A stretch of DNA of 64,000 bases from Dehalococcoidia bacterium (GCA_965220255.1 OZ244816.1:854083-918082); one strand, 5' to 3'. Shown: positions 20,648-30,839, numbered from the stretch's first letter. Numbers and translations: made by a program. The notes: generated by a model not told the origin, from the letters alone.

Positions 20648-21562
20648 CTAGATACTCGGTGATTCGTTTGTGACAGCGTGGATAAGTGTGAGACGAGCAG
20701 CCGTATAAAGGACGATTGCAGCATCGTGCTTGGGATACGGTTCCGCGAGTCCGTGCAGATGAGTGTTTCTTAGATTTAGGCCGAGAGGATCTGTCAGGAC
20801 TGCTCCCAATTCCAATCGAAACGACTTAGGCAAGTGTGGATCGAGCATCGATACGAGTCGCCCTAGGGTCGACTCGTGACCATCTCGCCCCTGCTTTGGT
20901 TCAATATACGAGTTGCCATGGACCGTCTGAACAATCGAGCGAATCACTGATTCAATGCTTGGGAGCGCTACCCTCGCAGCGTCGTCGTAGAAACCTTCCC
21001 AGTAGTAGTGAAGAGCCCTAGCAAAAATGGCCGCGTCGCGTACTGAGATGAATTGAGTACGAAAGAAGCATGACAAGACATCCAAATCGACTTGGTATTT
21101 CGAGCCAATCCGTTCGAGTATGACATCTAGGAGAACAGCAAGAAATTGAGCACGGAGGTTACCTTGTCTAGTTCTCTCCCACTCTAGCTCCTGTTCGTGT
21201 CGCTTGAGATCCCTGATCGGTTGCCCCTTCGCGTCGTTCACTGTCATACGAATTGGCTGTTCAGGAGTTCCAAGGGTGAGAAAATCGTTGTCCGGTCTAC
21301 CCGAGATTCGTTGGTCTGTCGCCAAATCTCCCATTTCCAACAGACGTGCTAAGGCAGTAGCTGGGTCGTCCTCTCCAACAATTCGATTGATCTCCTCTTT
21401 GAAGATCGGATGATCAGGCTCGATCTCAAGATCAATCTCGGACGTGAACGTTACGAACAACGATTCAAGCTTGTGTCCGTCAGTCTTGTAAGGCATCTGA
21501 ATTGTGACGCTGAATTCAGTGTTCATCGACGCGGCTAGTTGATTTTCCTTGCCTCGTGTCAT
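20648..21562 (-). CDS. DUF4209-like protein (HEPN-like Rx4H motif)
   Basis: C-terminal LTDPLGLNLRNTHLHG; AT-richer than flanking genes. Confidence 0.65.
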   Translation of the reverse strand: MTRGKENQLAASMNTEFSVTIQMPYKTDGHKLESLFVTFTSEIDLEIEPDHPIFKEEINRIVGEDDPATALARLLEMGDLATDQRISGRPDNDFLTLGTPEQPIRMTVNDAKGQPIRDLKRHEQELEWERTRQGNLRAQFLAVLLDVILERIGSKYQVDLDVLSCFFRTQFISVRDAAIFARALHYYWEGFYDDAARVALPSIESVIRSIVQTVHGNSYIEPKQGRDGHESTLGRLVSMLDPHLPKSFRLELGAVLTDPLGLNLRNTHLHGLAEPYPKHDAAIVLYTAARLTLIHAVTNESPSI

Positions 21563-21682
21563 GCTATAGTCAGTACATCCTTTCTATACATACTTCGATT
21601 CAATGAGGACTAATCCAACAACTTACCCATACCCGAACGGCGGCGGGAAATCAGCGACGACGGCCACAATCCAAGGGTTGAA

Positions 21683-23434
21683 TCAGGGGCTGGCCTCGAC
21701 CTGCACCGTGACGATATCCACGCCGTGGAACTTCTGGTGGCGCACGGCGGAGGAGTGGTATCGCAACAGCCGGAGCGAGAGATCATCTGCCGTTGGCACG
21801 GAGGCTTCGTCGGTCAGGTAGGCAAGCAGGTCCTCGACGTTCTCCTGTCGCGTCGTTGCGACGAACTCCAGTTCCACAGTCGTCCCCTGCGGCCTTGCGT
21901 TGATGATCAGGCGCGGATGCTCCGGGCCGTCAGATTCGTCCTCCCACGCCTGAAGGCTGGCGAGGGTTTCTTCGCCGGCGGCCCGCAGTCGCAACGAGGA
22001 GGCCTCGTTCCATGCCAGTCTTGTTGCCAGTCGAGTCAGGAATTCATCGATCGCGGGGAACGAGTCCATGTCCAGCGTTACCTCGAGGCGCGAGCGGCGT
22101 GTGCTGATCGCCTCGAGGAGCAGCGTCATTCCGATGGCAACGACAGCGCCGATCGTGACCCCATTGCCAAGCAGCGCGCCCAATTCATCGCCAAACACGT
22201 CCCCGACGATGGGATGATTATGGAGTCCCAAGCCCAACGCGCTGGCGAGCGCGACCACCAGCACGCGTCTGGGGTCGAGCCCGTCGCGCAGGATCGTCTG
22301 CCAGCCGCTGACGAAGAGCATTCCCATGGCGAACATCAGATATGCGCCCAACACGGGTCCTGGAATCGTCAGCAGGAGGGCGGCAAGTTTTGAGAAGAAG
22401 GCAAGTGCTACTGTGACGATCGCCACGCCGATGCCGACCCGGCGGGCTGCGACGCCCGTGAGGTTGATCAGCGAGAGACTGAATGAGGAATAGGACATCG
22501 GAGGCAGCGTGCCTGAGATGCCAGCGAACAACATGCCAATGCCGTTGACGCTCACCATGCCCTGGATCTTGCGGAAATCGATCGCCCGCAGCCTTCTCCT
22601 GGAACCCTGCTGGATCGCAACGCCGTCGCTGATAGTCTTGATCCCGATCACCAGGGTTAGGATCGCGAACGAGGGCAGCAGTGCCCAGAACTCCCTGCCG
22701 GGAGTGAGATCGAAGCTCAGATCCGGCAGTTCAGGGATGCCGAACCAGCCTGCGCTAGCGATTCTGTCCGCGTCGATCACACCGAACAAAGCGGCAACTG
22801 CGCATCCGGCCAAGATGCTGATGAACGGCCCGACAAGACGCCAGCGTCCCTTGGCGAACAGTGTAACGATTACCGAGACCAGCAGCGTTGTTCCGGCGAT
22901 CACCGGACCGGAGACCGGCGGCGCGCCGTCGGGCAGGTCCTGAACGCTGTCGAACGCGATTGGCAGGACGCTGACCGCGATCAGCATGGTCACCGTCCCG
23001 GTGACGACCGGAGTAAAGATGCGGCGCAGGGTCGGCAGCCACCAGGCGAGGGCGACCTGGACCACGCAGCAGACGACCAGCAAGCTCATGAACGTAGATG
23101 GGCCGGCCGCGGAGATCGTTGCCACCATGATCCCGATGAATAGCGCCGCAGGACAGGTGAGCACAATATGACCTGCGCCGAACCGCCATAGTTGGAACGC
23201 TTGCAGCGCCGTGATCGCCGCGCTGATCAGCAGTGCGGCGAAGACGCTCCAGGTCAGATAGGTATCATCGAGCCCGGAAGAGCGAATCGCGACCGCCACG
23301 TTCAGCACCGTCGGCGCGAGCACGAGCGCGGCCCCCTGAAACCCGACCAGCAAGGTGGTCGACGGAGAACAGGCCTCCTCAGGCTCGAATCGGATCGGTT
23401 GGTCGGCGCTACCAGCAGTCAATTGGTAAGACAA
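21683..23434 (-). CDS. NCS2 (xanthine/uracil permease) transporter with an extra C-terminal soluble domain
   Basis: GFQ…, RRIFTPVVTG, LTGVAARRVG, IPGPVLG motifs; ~140-aa cytoplasmic tail. Confidence 0.8.
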   Translation of the reverse strand: MSYQLTAGSADQPIRFEPEEACSPSTTLLVGFQGAALVLAPTVLNVAVAIRSSGLDDTYLTWSVFAALLISAAITALQAFQLWRFGAGHIVLTCPAALFIGIMVATISAAGPSTFMSLLVVCCVVQVALAWWLPTLRRIFTPVVTGTVTMLIAVSVLPIAFDSVQDLPDGAPPVSGPVIAGTTLLVSVIVTLFAKGRWRLVGPFISILAGCAVAALFGVIDADRIASAGWFGIPELPDLSFDLTPGREFWALLPSFAILTLVIGIKTISDGVAIQQGSRRRLRAIDFRKIQGMVSVNGIGMLFAGISGTLPPMSYSSFSLSLINLTGVAARRVGIGVAIVTVALAFFSKLAALLLTIPGPVLGAYLMFAMGMLFVSGWQTILRDGLDPRRVLVVALASALGLGLHNHPIVGDVFGDELGALLGNGVTIGAVVAIGMTLLLEAISTRRSRLEVTLDMDSFPAIDEFLTRLATRLAWNEASSLRLRAAGEETLASLQAWEDESDGPEHPRLIINARPQGTTVELEFVATTRQENVEDLLAYLTDEASVPTADDLSLRLLRYHSSAVRHQKFHGVDIVTVQVEASP

Positions 23435-23514
23435 CCTCCCAATTCTTCGAGCTGACGCTCCGATGACCTTACCACACGAATTACGTGACCGTTACTCCGG
23501 TAACAAGAGTCTTC

Positions 23515-24876
23515 CTATACATACCCGAATAGCGGCGGGAAGACAACGACGACAACCGCCGCCCACACGGCGTAGACGGGCAGGTAGTTGACCTGCCAGC
23601 GCACGAGGGCCGAAGACTCGCCACGCCCTCTCATAAATCGTAAGTAGAGCCAAGCCGACCATGCGAGGTTGCCGAGCAGGACAAGGTTTCCGCCGAGCGC
23701 CGCCGTCCTGTTTGGTGAAAAGCCGAACTCAGTGATGCGCCCCGTGATCGCGGCGAGCGCCATGAGGTCGGCAAGGATGGCGGCCACCACCAAGAGCATC
23801 TGCAGTGCGTCAAAGAGGCCGGGGCGGTCCGGTGAGTCGCTCGCGGAAACGGAGAAGAGCAACAGTCCCAACACGAGGGCCAGCATCACATCAAAGGCGA
23901 TGAGTATTTCCCGGTCGAGGTCGCTCCACTCGCCGGTCACAAGCATGGCGACGAGGAAGATGGACAGCATCACTGCGAACAGGGGCGTGAACACGCGGGA
24001 GAGCATCGGCGCTATGTTCTGCACCACGCCTCGCCTGCTTTCCACCAGCCAAGCGCCCACAAGAACAGCCCCCATGGCGCCGCATGGAAGCAGCCATTCG
24101 ACTACGAGGTCGCCGACCTCAACACTGATTATTTCAAACATGCCCCACGTCAGGAGGGAGAATACGCCGCCACCGAGCGCGATGAGCACGTAGTAGATGA
24201 ACAGCTCGCCGGTGAAGCGCACGAAGTCCGTTCGCCGCTCGACGGAACGCCACTGGCCCCCGACGTAGGCAAAGCCGACGACCAGCCACAGGGCGAAGGG
24301 CAGGTGGAGCGCCGCCAGCAGTTCGGTGTGACCATTCGACCCGAAGGGGTAGGCGTTGGCGAAGACCGCCGCCGCGACGAAAGGCAGGACGAGCCAAGGG
24401 GTTGTTGATCTGCTCAAGCCGCGTTTCCAGGCAAAGTAGCCTGTCAGCATCGGCAGCACGAAGAGACTGAGGTTCCGGCCGTAGAAGCCACCATCGTCGC
24501 CTTCGAGCGCGTAGCCGAACGCCTCGGGCGCCTTTATCGCCAGGCCCGCCGCGATAGCGAGACCAATGACGATGACAAATTCAGTACGCTCGGACCGAAC
24601 GTCGTCGTCAACACCTTCAGGCGCTACCTCGGGCCGTTCCCACAGCCGCTCGAAGCGCTCCCGCGCAAACTCGCGCGATGCCGAATCGCTCTCACCAATA
24701 CGCCTTAGGGCGATCAGGAAGACCTCATCGTCCGCAAGGGCCGCATCCTCAAGGGCGGCCACATGATCGCGGAGGAGGTCCTCACGTTCTCCTACGTCAG
24801 GGGCCTCGTGACGGCGCAGGTGCGCTCGCCACTGGGCGATCAGGCTTTCCATCCCGTCTTCGTTGGTGCCAGGCAT
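23515..24876 (-). CDS. Multi-pass membrane protein with permease-prefix-like N-terminus (DUF4153-like)
   Basis: N-terminal LRDHVAAL…DEVFLIALRRIG; ~12 TM helices; GFSPNR motif. Start is 24876 or 24852. Confidence 0.7.
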   Translation of the reverse strand: MPGTNEDGMESLIAQWRAHLRRHEAPDVGEREDLLRDHVAALEDAALADDEVFLIALRRIGESDSASREFARERFERLWERPEVAPEGVDDDVRSERTEFVIVIGLAIAAGLAIKAPEAFGYALEGDDGGFYGRNLSLFVLPMLTGYFAWKRGLSRSTTPWLVLPFVAAAVFANAYPFGSNGHTELLAALHLPFALWLVVGFAYVGGQWRSVERRTDFVRFTGELFIYYVLIALGGGVFSLLTWGMFEIISVEVGDLVVEWLLPCGAMGAVLVGAWLVESRRGVVQNIAPMLSRVFTPLFAVMLSIFLVAMLVTGEWSDLDREILIAFDVMLALVLGLLLFSVSASDSPDRPGLFDALQMLLVVAAILADLMALAAITGRITEFGFSPNRTAALGGNLVLLGNLAWSAWLYLRFMRGRGESSALVRWQVNYLPVYAVWAAVVVVVFPPLFGYV

Positions 24877-25027
24877 TCGTCGTGTACGACAGTCTTTGCG
24901 CTCCACGGTGACAATCCCTCGGTCAAAGACCAGTATACGACACCGAAACATCGCTGGATTAATTTCGAAAGCCCGTCGTCCGGGTGTGGTAATCTAATCG
25001 GCGCATTATCGTAAGCAGGGGCAGGGT

Positions 25028-25828
25028 ATGGCATTCGTTACCGAGCCGACGGTGAGACTGGTCTCCAGGACCGAGGTGAACTGGGAGGCCGTGTCGGCCT
25101 TCCTCGACGAAGAGGGCGTACCGCCGGTGCCGGAGAGCATCCGCGCGGGTGACGACGAGTCGGCTGCCGTGGTCGAGATATCGGCCAGGATCTGCTACAT
25201 GAGCTACGGCAAGGGCCGTCGCGACATCGAGGAGTTCATAACCAATCTCCTGTCGAAGGGAGACGGCAGCGTCTTCGAGCACGTGAACTACGGCTTCATG
25301 ATGACGGGGGTGTCACGGGCTTTCACTCACGAACTCGTGAGGCACCGGGCCGGTTTCGCATACAGCCAGCGTTCCCAAAGGTTCGTCAACGAGAGCGACG
25401 CCGACTTCGTCATCCCTCCCGCTCTGGCGGAGGACCGGCCCGGCACTGAGAATGCCCGCAACATCCTGGAAGACGCAATTGAGGACGCCCAGCAAACGTA
25501 CCGGAAGCTGGTCTCGGAGCTCTACAAGGCGTTGCCTGAGGACGAGTTCGAGGCGCAGACGGACAGGCGCAAAGCCGTCCGTCAGGCGGCGCGGGCCGTG
25601 CTGCCCAACGCGACCGAGACGAAGATCTTCGTCACGGCCAACGTCCGCGCGTGGCGTCACTTCATCGAGATGCGTGGCGCGGCCTTCGCCGACTGGGAGA
25701 TCCGCAAGGTGGCGCTCATGGTCCTCGATATCCTCAAAGACGAGGCCCCGCTGCTCTTTGCCGACTTCACGACCGAAGACCTGCCCGACGGCACGAAGAT
25801 AGCAAAGCCGAAATACTCGAAGGTGTGA
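25028..25828 (+). CDS. thyX: FAD-dependent thymidylate synthase
   Basis: SVFEH, HELVRHR-x7-SQRF, ARAVLPNATETK, WRHFIEMR. Confidence 0.96.
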   Translation: MAFVTEPTVRLVSRTEVNWEAVSAFLDEEGVPPVPESIRAGDDESAAVVEISARICYMSYGKGRRDIEEFITNLLSKGDGSVFEHVNYGFMMTGVSRAFTHELVRHRAGFAYSQRSQRFVNESDADFVIPPALAEDRPGTENARNILEDAIEDAQQTYRKLVSELYKALPEDEFEAQTDRRKAVRQAARAVLPNATETKIFVTANVRAWRHFIEMRGAAFADWEIRKVALMVLDILKDEAPLLFADFTTEDLPDGTKIAKPKYSKV

Positions 25829-25846
25829 GGTTGCGGCTCTGAAATC

Positions 25847-25940
25847 CGTTCGTGGTGAGTCTGTCGAACCATGAACCGCCCTTCGACGGGGCATCACCCT
25901 CACCCCCGTATCGGAGTACAAGGCAGACTCAGGCCGAACG
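25847..25940. repeat. TTCGACAG(G/A)CTCAG-type inverted repeat with a 37-bp insert in its right arm
   Basis: Left arm cgttcgtggtgagtctgtcgaa; right arm ttcgac[25888-25924]agactcaggccgaacg. Confidence 0.7.
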
Positions 25941-26125
25941 TGCTTCCTCGTGGCCACACGGCAGTAACTGACACCCCGGCATGGCTCCAACCCGGGGCGT
26001 AACGCTGCCCAGGTCGAACGGGTGATAATCAGCTTTGCACGACGTACCCTCTGAACACTTTGAAAACACCCTCTTAGCCTTGCTCTCTCACGCCTTGCAG
26101 TTGGAGCGCGCGGGTCGGCGAGGCG

Positions 26126-26689
26126 TTACTTGGTGGAGGAGGGGGGCTTTTCCTGGCGTCCGAGGTCGTCGAGATTCAGGGTCTCGATGAAGTCGGTGAA
26201 TGCTGAGAGGCTCCGAAGTTCCTCTTCCCGCAGGGGTCGCGGCTCGTCGGTCTTGGGACCCGAAGGCAGGATGGCCTTGCCGGTCTCTTCGTCCATCTCG
26301 ACTCCCGCTTTGTGGACCACCTCATCCACGGCGTAGATCGGCGCTTCGGCCCGGACGGCGAGGGCGATCGCGTCGCTGGGACGCGAGTCGATTTCCATGG
26401 TGCCGCCGTTCACCTGAAGGATGATCTTGGCGTAGAACGTGTCGTTGGAGAGATCGGACACGATGATGTGGTCGACGGTTGCCCCGAGGGTGGCGATGAC
26501 GGAGTTCAACAGGTCGTGGGTCATTGGACGAGCCGAGCTGTATTCCTGGAGCCGCATGGCAATGGCGTCGGCCTCGGAGGGACCGATCCAGATCGGCAGA
26601 TAGCGGTTGGACTCCTTGACGCGCAGGATCACCACGCGCTGGTAGTTGAGGAGACTCACCCGGATGCTCTCAATATTCATTTCCAGCAT
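26126..26689 (-). CDS. Bifunctional nuclease family protein (DUF151)
   Basis: LPIWIGPSEA, RPMTHDL, DSRPSDAIALA. Confidence 0.92.
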   Translation of the reverse strand: MLEMNIESIRVSLLNYQRVVILRVKESNRYLPIWIGPSEADAIAMRLQEYSSARPMTHDLLNSVIATLGATVDHIIVSDLSNDTFYAKIILQVNGGTMEIDSRPSDAIALAVRAEAPIYAVDEVVHKAGVEMDEETGKAILPSGPKTDEPRPLREEELRSLSAFTDFIETLNLDDLGRQEKPPSSTK

Positions 26690-27004
26690 TGCGCGCCTCC
26701 CTACCCAACTTGGCCCCATTGTAAAGCCCCGTTATTTCCAGTGTCAACGAAGGGTCTGCACCGCTTTCCCCTCGTTCAGACGCCACCTGCAAGGCGATCC
26801 AAAAGGTCTAGCGGCCTCGCCGCTCCGTTCGTGGATGACGGGTGGAATCATACGGGCAGAAAGGGGGCCTTCAGGCTCGTTGCGAGGGTATTGCGCGGTT
26901 GATAAGATTGGGAAGAGACGTAACCGTGACCCGCCAGGGAACGTTGTAACGGGTGACTCCGCTCCCGTTGACTTTCTACCGCTTGGCCACCTGAAAGGCA
27001 GCTT

Positions 27005-27685
27005 ATGGCTTCGGACGAACGAAAACCGCTAGGCGACTCTCCTACGTATAGTACTTTGAAGGGGAGCTCAAAGGACTCGTCAGTCCCAGCTTCAAGTGGC
27101 GGAGCCGTAGAAGAGTTGGACGACCAGAAGTTGCTCCACCTCATCGCGAACGGAGATCGTAGCGCACTGGAGGTGCTGTACGACCGTTACGGCGGCGGAA
27201 TTTACTCGCTCGCGCATAGCATGTTGAAAGAGCATGGCGCCGCCGAAGAGGTCACTCAAGACACGTTCTTCAATATATGGCTCAGGGCATCGAGCTATAG
27301 GCCGAAGAGAGGCAAAGTGTCGGCCTGGCTCTTCTCGATTGGGCACCATCGAATCATCGACGAGCTGCGGAAGCGCAGGCGACAGGAGTCGATGATCTAC
27401 GTGCCGGACGTAGAGGCAGTCCACCGGCAGGAGGACGAATCGGCCGACCCGAACGACTACGCCGACCGGCGGATGAAAGGAAGCCGGCTCAAGAAGGCGC
27501 TGGATACCCTGAGACCGGAATTGAAGTCGGTGCTCGTACTGGCATATTACGGCGGACTCACCCAATCGGAGATAGCGAGAAAGCTAAATCAACCATTGGG
27601 AACCGTAAAGACACGGACGAGATTGGCGCTCAAGGCACTGCGGGAGAACCTGGGACCGCAGGCTCGCAAGTGGTTGGATGGCTGA
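27005..27685 (+). CDS. ECF sigma factor (SigK-like)
   Basis: Region 2 AEEVTQDTF…WL; region 4 YYGGLTQSEIA…PLGTVKTR. Confidence 0.92.
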   Translation: MASDERKPLGDSPTYSTLKGSSKDSSVPASSGGAVEELDDQKLLHLIANGDRSALEVLYDRYGGGIYSLAHSMLKEHGAAEEVTQDTFFNIWLRASSYRPKRGKVSAWLFSIGHHRIIDELRKRRRQESMIYVPDVEAVHRQEDESADPNDYADRRMKGSRLKKALDTLRPELKSVLVLAYYGGLTQSEIARKLNQPLGTVKTRTRLALKALRENLGPQARKWLDG

Positions 27686-28530
27686 TGATTGACTGCAGCA
27701 AAATAGAGCAGATGCTCCCCGCCTACACGCTGGGATCGCTTGCAGAGTCGGAGACATCCGTCTTCACCGCTCATATAGACGCTTGCGCGTCATGCGCGGC
27801 CAAGGTGCGTGAATCCGGCGACACGCTGGTCGACCTGGCCAGATTCGTACCGCAGAAGCGACCGCCGGAGCGCATAAAGGAGCGCCTCTTCGCGCGCATC
27901 GACCGGGCAAACCGGCAGAAGGCCGAACCCTACCGACCATGGATTGAGTTGGCGCGTTCCCTGGGGCGTCACGTGACCCTCTCTCCGGGCACGTCTCTGG
28001 CAGTCGTATTCCTCGTAGCCGCCGTAGTCGTCGGATACTGGTCCAGCCGGAACCTTCAAGACCTTCAGATTCTTCGCAGCGACATCGAAGACCGGATGGA
28101 GAGCGTGGCTCAGCAGGAGACCGAACTCCGGGAGGGCCTTGAACAGCAGCACAAGCTGTTTGAGACGATCGCGGCCGATCCCAACGTGACGGTCAAGCGA
28201 CTCTCCGCCAACATACCGACGGTGCCCATACCCGGGGAAGACCCCCCCAGCGCCGTGATTGTCCTTTCGGCGAAGGAGAACACGGCTACCATTGCCGCCA
28301 TGCACCTGCCCCAACTGCCCCCTGACCAGGCATACCACGTCTGGCTCATCAAGGAGGGAGGTTTGGAGATCAGGTCGGCCACTCTAGCTGTCGACTCTGC
28401 GGGCGCAGCACATGCCGAAATTGCCCTTGACGCGCCTCTGGAAGAGTTCCGGGCAATTCTCATCACGATCGATGATGCGAACGCAGGCCCCGGCAGCCTC
28501 GGAGACAGCGCTCTGCAGGGAGATTTGTAG
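27685..28530 (+). CDS. Anti-sigma factor (zf-HC2 + TM + RskA-like domain)
   Basis: HIDACASC, one TM helix, LPPDQAYHVWL; TGATG overlap with the sigma gene. Confidence 0.88.
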   Translation: MIDCSKIEQMLPAYTLGSLAESETSVFTAHIDACASCAAKVRESGDTLVDLARFVPQKRPPERIKERLFARIDRANRQKAEPYRPWIELARSLGRHVTLSPGTSLAVVFLVAAVVVGYWSSRNLQDLQILRSDIEDRMESVAQQETELREGLEQQHKLFETIAADPNVTVKRLSANIPTVPIPGEDPPSAVIVLSAKENTATIAAMHLPQLPPDQAYHVWLIKEGGLEIRSATLAVDSAGAAHAEIALDAPLEEFRAILITIDDANAGPGSLGDSALQGDL

Positions 28531-28659
28531 AGTTCCCAAACCTGTCGTAGAATACGCTGATAGAGTCTACCCTTACGCCTTCGCTTGTGGTAGGCTATTC
28601 GCCGTGGGAGCAAACGCTTCCTCTGAGCGACTCTGTTCATCACAGGAGGAATAGACGAT

Positions 28660-29790
28660 ATGAAGTCTAGGATAATCGCCTTACTTGCCCTGTTTTCGCT
28701 CCTTCTAGCGCTTCCGGTCGGCACTGGGTTGGCCCAGAGCGAGTTTGAAGGCATGGCGGTGATATCGGATGATGCAGCGCTGAGTGACGCGATCACATAC
28801 AGCATGATAAATGTTCCCGCACCTTCCAGCGGCACCGAGTTGGTGGGCTGGCTCATCTCCGATGATAAGGAGACCAAGCTGAGCACCGGCCCGATGGAGT
28901 GGTCCGCCGGTTCAGTCTCGCATACATTCGACAGCGATTCACCGCGTTACACGGGCGAAAACCTCATCCAAGCCTACAGCCTTCTTGTAATTACCGAAGA
29001 GACTGCGGGAGCAGATCCCGACGAGCCGGCCGGCCCCCCGGTCTACCATCAGGTGCTGCCCGCCGCAGCGTTGGCCCAAATCAGGAACCTTGTCGGAGAC
29101 TTCCAGGGAAGCGGGAGCGGAATACTGACCTCCCTCAAAGAGCAGTTGGAAATTGCCCGCAACGAGGCAACCACCGGCGTTCTGGAAGCCACGGCAGATG
29201 GAGCCAAGACACGAGCGCAGCGAGTGCTGGACATCCTAGAGGGTGCACAGTCCAACCTCGACGACACTCAGCAGATCACGTTCGCCAGACAGGCCGCGCC
29301 GGACTATGAACCGGTCAACGACCAAGGCGCACTGGCGGAAATCACCGCCGCAAACACCATTGGCTTCGTGGAGCTCGCTCGCGAAAGGATCGCCTCGCTC
29401 GTTCTTCCCGCGGCAAATCAGGGCGACGCCACCAGGCACATGGCCAACATCGCGGGCCTGATGCTCAATGCTCTTAGCGGTCTCGATGCCAACGGAAACG
29501 GCGTGATGGAGTCCGTCGAGGGTGAGGCCGGACTGGATGCGACGTACCGGCACGTGCAGCAGATGGCCACCTACCAGATACTCGTTGGTGGGCCGCCTAC
29601 GCCTACGCCGACACCTACGCCCACGCCGACACCTACGCCGATACCGCCTACGCCCACGCCTGAGCCGCCGCCCACGGGTGACATGAGCGTTCCCGCACTG
29701 ACCCAGTTGGCGCTGCTGCTCGGTGGTGTGCTTCTCATAGGCGGAGCCTTCATCTTCGTTGCGACCCGCAAGGAAGAGGGTCAAGCCTAG
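28660..29790 (+). CDS. Secreted protein with (PT)n linker and PPPTG + TM + basic tail
   Basis: Signal peptide; SD GGAGG; C-terminal PPPTGD-hydrophobic helix-RK. Confidence 0.8.
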   Translation: MKSRIIALLALFSLLLALPVGTGLAQSEFEGMAVISDDAALSDAITYSMINVPAPSSGTELVGWLISDDKETKLSTGPMEWSAGSVSHTFDSDSPRYTGENLIQAYSLLVITEETAGADPDEPAGPPVYHQVLPAAALAQIRNLVGDFQGSGSGILTSLKEQLEIARNEATTGVLEATADGAKTRAQRVLDILEGAQSNLDDTQQITFARQAAPDYEPVNDQGALAEITAANTIGFVELARERIASLVLPAANQGDATRHMANIAGLMLNALSGLDANGNGVMESVEGEAGLDATYRHVQQMATYQILVGGPPTPTPTPTPTPTPTPIPPTPTPEPPPTGDMSVPALTQLALLLGGVLLIGGAFIFVATRKEEGQA

Positions 29791-29819
29791 CATTAGCCAA
29801 CCGTAGAACCAGCTAGCAA

Positions 29820-29852
29820 AAGGCCCCGTCGCTCACGCAGTGACGGGGCCTT
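29820..29852. terminator. Intrinsic terminator-like hairpin
   Basis: aaggccccgtcgct-cacgc-agtgacggggcctt. Confidence 0.65.
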
Positions 29853-29937
29853 GATGTATAACCGGATACGCAAGACTTCGTTCCAATGAGAGATTCGGGG
29901 AATGAAAAGGAATAACGCTCCCATAGGCCTGAACGTC

Positions 29938-30054
29938 ATGACGGACCCTAAAGAGGCGGTTGTGTGCGACATCTGCGGCGCGAGCATGATCGGAGTCCAC
30001 TGCAAGCTGCGCTGCCCCTCGTGCGGATTCACCAGGGACTGCTCCGATCCGTAG
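29938..30054 (+). CDS. 38-aa six-cysteine zinc-finger microprotein (not in the ORF track)
   Basis: MTDPKEAVVCDICGASMIGVHCKLRCPSCGFTRDCSDP*; ends 4 bp before the lipoprotein start; alternative in-frame ATG at 29902. Confidence 0.75.
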   Translation: MTDPKEAVVCDICGASMIGVHCKLRCPSCGFTRDCSDP

Positions 30055-30058
30055 CCCC

Positions 30059-30787
30059 ATGCTCATCGTCCGATCTCAACTCACGCTGCTGGCGGCGGTC
30101 GCGTTCATTCTTGTGGCCTGCGGCACAGGTCCGGCCGAACCCACCCCTGCCCCTACGCCGACGCCGCTTCCCCCCGACCCTAAGGATGTCCTCGAACGCG
30201 CAGGACGCACGATGGGGGCGCTCAAAACGTTCAACTTTCGCTTGTACCACGATGTCGGCAGCCTCGAAATCCTCCAAGGGCTGCTGATCGACCGGGTCAG
30301 CGGCAAGGTCGTGAACCCCGACAGACTGTCGATGGAGTTCGTCGGCAGCTTCGGTGGAGGGTATTCCATCAAGTCGGAGGTCATCACCGTGGGCGACCAG
30401 ACCTATATGACGAACCCGCTCACCGGCAATTGGGAGGCTTCCGACGCGAGCATCAGTCCCGTGGGCTTCTTCAGTCCCACCCAGGGTATCGGGGAGATGT
30501 TGTCCCTAACGCAGGACGCTTCGTTCATTGATGCCGATTCCGAGGAGGGGACGTACCATATTCGTGGAGACCTGCCTACCGCTGCCCTGTCGCCGCTAGT
30601 CGGGACGACCTTGACCGACAGAACCGTGGACATCGAGCTTAAGATCGACTCGGGGACCGACTACCTGCTCGAAGTGCGTTTCAAGGGCGCCGTAACGCCG
30701 TCGGACGTCGAGGATGCCGAAAGAGTAATCATCCTCTCCTTCTTCAACGAAGACGTTGTCATCGAACCACCGGATGAGTCCTCGTGA
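30059..30787 (+). CDS. LppX/LprAFG-family lipoprotein
   Basis: Lipobox LVAC, Pro-rich tether, VGDQTYMTNPLTGNW, C-terminal FNEDVVIEPP. Confidence 0.8.
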   Translation: MLIVRSQLTLLAAVAFILVACGTGPAEPTPAPTPTPLPPDPKDVLERAGRTMGALKTFNFRLYHDVGSLEILQGLLIDRVSGKVVNPDRLSMEFVGSFGGGYSIKSEVITVGDQTYMTNPLTGNWEASDASISPVGFFSPTQGIGEMLSLTQDASFIDADSEEGTYHIRGDLPTAALSPLVGTTLTDRTVDIELKIDSGTDYLLEVRFKGAVTPSDVEDAERVIILSFFNEDVVIEPPDESS

Positions 30788-30839
30788 CGAGGGGACGCTC
30801 CTCATCCGATTCTCTTCGCTCTCGGACGAGCCTGCCCTC

